IMG/VR virus record: IMGVR_UViG_3300045988_106851
Span: 1-64,000 of that record
Direction: 5' to 3' (one strand)
Length of the DNA stretch: 64,000 bases
Source of the DNA: a virus
Shown: positions 62,279 to 64,000 of the stretch, one piece after another
How positions within the stretch are numbered: position 1 is the first letter of the stretch
How the letters are laid out: the number at the start of each line of letters is the position of its first letter
Notes under the pieces: model-generated
Told to the model about the DNA's origin: nothing
What the model saw: the letters and a program-made list of their open reading frames with translations, nothing else
The model's database searches: none
Position numbers and translations under genes: made by a program

Positions 62279-62500
62279 TTACTTCTTGCGAAGAATCTTC
62301 TCTTTGCCGTTGTTAATCTCGGATATATAGCCGACATTTATTTTATTAAACAAATTATCGGCAAGCGATTTGTCGCTCATGTGACGAGCTTCGTCAGTTT
62401 GCGCGTTAAAAACACAATATACCTTTGTCTCCATTATTTTCTTTTTGTTTACTATTTTCTCTCTTTCCATTTGATTGTATGTTTTAATGATTCCTTCCAA
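62279..62500 (-). CDS. hypothetical protein
   Basis: 73-codon ORF. Confidence 0.4.
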   Translation of the reverse strand: MEGIIKTYNQMEREKIVNKKKIMETKVYCVFNAQTDEARHMSDKSLADNLFNKINVGYISEINNGKEKILRKK

Positions 62501-62711
62501 TGTGCCATTTGCTGCAAATTTCGCAGAGGTACGGGTGCTCGCCCAATACTTTCAATCTCGGGTTCTGATTTAGAAACTCCCACGCCTCGTCTTCCGTGTC
62601 GTAGCCGACCTTCTGCTTCCACGAATTACCGTGCTGCTTGCGCGTCCAATGCCGTTTGTCTGGGCGCAGCGTGTGATATGGTGCTTTATTCCTGTATTTG
62701 CCAATATACAT
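62484..62711 (-). CDS. small zinc-ribbon-like protein (YLCxxCxxWHIG family)
   Basis: C-terminal YLCEICSKWHIGRNH is paralogous to the 7517-7705 product. Confidence 0.5.
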   Translation of the reverse strand: MYIGKYRNKAPYHTLRPDKRHWTRKQHGNSWKQKVGYDTEDEAWEFLNQNPRLKVLGEHPYLCEICSKWHIGRNH

Positions 62712-62717
62712 AGCTTA

Positions 62718-63323
62718 TTATATCCAGTCGTCTTGTATATAATCCCGTTTCTTTTCTCCACGTCCGTTCTTCCACAGCTCAAAACCGTATTCTCGCATTC
62801 TTTGCTCACCGCCTTTTGCAAGATAAAACGTCGGCTGTCCTCCAGCATCAGTTCGTATTATTGCCGCGACGCTACCAAGTCTAAGGGCTCTTTTCGCATT
62901 TGTATATGCTTGTTTAACCATATTGTTGGTAATATGTGCATCCGCAAAATCATTAGAGGTCTCATCAAGATATTTCTTGCTTCCGTCTTTATAAAGAACA
63001 GTCCATGATATATCCTGTATTTGGTGCCCCCACATTTCGTTTACGAGGTCATCTTGAAACCAAGCCACCATATTGTCTTTGCTTTCGGGCAAATACAATG
63101 TGGCATCACCTAAATCATCAGAAATAGCTCCTGTGAATCCTGCTTCCATAAGCGCAAGTTCTTGCTGCTCTTGGTCAAGCTCTTGCCATTGGTCATAATC
63201 AATGTCCCCTGATTTGGCTATACCGCTTACAATCGCGTCCCATTGCCTTTGCGACAATCCTTCTTGTTCGTTTACCGATGTTGAAGGATTCTTGCGTCTG
63301 GTGTTTCCGCTATTTTTGGCCAT
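62718..63323 (-). CDS. hypothetical protein
   Basis: 201-codon ORF. Confidence 0.45.
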   Translation of the reverse strand: MAKNSGNTRRKNPSTSVNEQEGLSQRQWDAIVSGIAKSGDIDYDQWQELDQEQQELALMEAGFTGAISDDLGDATLYLPESKDNMVAWFQDDLVNEMWGHQIQDISWTVLYKDGSKKYLDETSNDFADAHITNNMVKQAYTNAKRALRLGSVAAIIRTDAGGQPTFYLAKGGEQRMREYGFELWKNGRGEKKRDYIQDDWI

Positions 63324-63678
63324 AAAGTTTTCTTTTTATGAGTTCTAATTTTGCTTCTACTTTTTTAATGTCTCGTGCATCGTGGTTACTCAATCTAACG
63401 ACGTGATAGCCCATGCGCCAAATTCCTGCGGAGCGGTTGCTGTCTTTGCGCTTTTGGGTTTTGGTGTAGTGATAACCTCCGTCGAGCTCAAGGATAGTCT
63501 TTAATTCTGGAATATAGATATCGGCAAAGTACAGCTTCATTCCCGTTACGATGGGTTGTTGATGAACAATCTCATACCCAAGTAACATGCAATTCTTCGC
63601 TGCCGCTTTTTCCGCTTCGGTCGTATGAGATAGTAGGTCGCAGCGCATCTGCCTTATCAAAGCTTTACTTGGTTTCAT
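63310..63678 (-). CDS. DUF559 / Vsr-like PD-(D/E)XK endonuclease domain protein
   Basis: YFADIYIPELKTILELDGGYHY...RDSNRSAGIWRMGYHVVRLSNHD matches the DUF559 core (D...E-x-D...H). Confidence 0.65.
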   Translation of the reverse strand: MKPSKALIRQMRCDLLSHTTEAEKAAAKNCMLLGYEIVHQQPIVTGMKLYFADIYIPELKTILELDGGYHYTKTQKRKDSNRSAGIWRMGYHVVRLSNHDARDIKKVEAKLELIKRKLYGQK

Positions 63679-64000
63679 TTACCATTTTTCTTCCCAAATA
63701 ATAGCTGAAAGACTTTCTTGCCCTTGACGGTTATCCAAGTCCGCACTCCTGCATGGTCACTGTGGAAACTCTTGAAGTCTTTTAATTCGAAGAGGTCATT
63801 GGCATACTTTGCAATCGGGCGCAGTTCTCCTTTCGGTGTGCGATAGATATATCCTTTGTCTATAAGCAGGTTTATGAACTCGCTTTGCTTCAGTCCGATT
63901 TCCTTCGCTGTATCACGGAAGCCTGTGAGCAGGGAACGCTCCACAAGTTCATCGAAGTATTGCGCCTTTGGTTGCAATTCTTGGTTTTTCGCTACGAGAG
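63675..64000 (-). CDS. antirepressor, KilAC domain (5' end lies beyond the window)
   Basis: PKAQYFDELVERSLLTGFRDTAKEIGLKQSEFINLLIDKGYIY is a KilAC signature. The frame stays open upstream to position 64000 (...LVAKNQEL). Confidence 0.65.
   Translation of the reverse strand, partial: LVAKNQELQPKAQYFDELVERSLLTGFRDTAKEIGLKQSEFINLLIDKGYIYRTPKGELRPIAKYANDLFELKDFKSFHSDHAGVRTWITVKGKKVFQLLFGKKNGK

Larger units (their letters stand above)
1..64000. mobile_element. Temperate siphovirus-like phage or prophage genome segment spanning the whole window
   Basis: Packaging, head, tail, lysis, lysogeny (integrase, S24 repressor), recombination and DNA-modification modules are all present. No host housekeeping genes. 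TAnnTTTG boxes sit upstream of several operons. Confidence 0.85.

Noticed and set aside
1-64000. CRISPR arrays, diversity-generating retroelement, rRNA genes
   Set aside because: No regularly spaced direct repeats were seen. No reverse-transcriptase motif (YxDD context) appears in any ORF, there is no template/variable repeat pair, and there are no rRNA-like segments.

Overview
The window is essentially one temperate siphovirus-type phage genome with no host housekeeping genes. The host is probably Bacteroidota or Prevotella-like; this is inferred from TAnnTTTG promoter boxes, a Bacteroidota-style tyrosine integrase and a BspA-type LRR protein. Layout: (i) 1-2000, plus-strand accessory genes including an ADP-ribosylglycohydrolase. 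(ii) 2007-9411, minus strand: packaging and head genes, namely TerS, TerL, portal, a ParB-like protein and an SPP1-gp7/Mu-F minor head protein with a C-terminal ADP-ribosyltransferase domain. (iii) 9677-13475, minus strand: a DNA-modification block with a compact MetK-like SAM synthetase, a stand-alone ADP-ribosyltransferase, a ParB-fused N6/N4 DNA methylase, a DUF4417-like protein and a DnaA-C-like HTH protein. (iv) 13785-25812, plus strand: a long early and accessory region with HU, many small ORFs, a GNAT and a Panacea/DUF4065 antitoxin-like gene paired with a membrane protein. (v) 25853-28452: the lysogeny switch (integrase, S24 repressor, divergent early genes). (vi) 28464-30887: RecT and YqaJ recombination genes. 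(vii) 30930-36866, minus strand: genes of unknown function plus regulators. (viii) 37604-64000, minus strand: lysis, two tail-fibre cassettes, Tal, Dit, tape measure, chaperones, major tail, connectors, capsid, decoration, scaffold, a Vsr/DUF559-like endonuclease and a KilAC antirepressor that runs off the window edge. The most unusual locus is 19178-23297. A circularly permuted cytosine-C5 DNA methyltransferase core (motifs IX-X ahead of I-VIII) is flanked by about 14 translationally coupled mini-cistrons. Each encodes only a TRD-like (target-recognition-domain) module. The locus also contains coding poly-G tracts, three of which break the conserved frame, and a 16-bp tandem duplication that frameshifts the catalytic core. 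Base composition is visibly mosaic, with a sharp switch inside the Tal/fibre gene near 49.05-49.13 kb. All family assignments come from motif reading by eye; no database search was possible.
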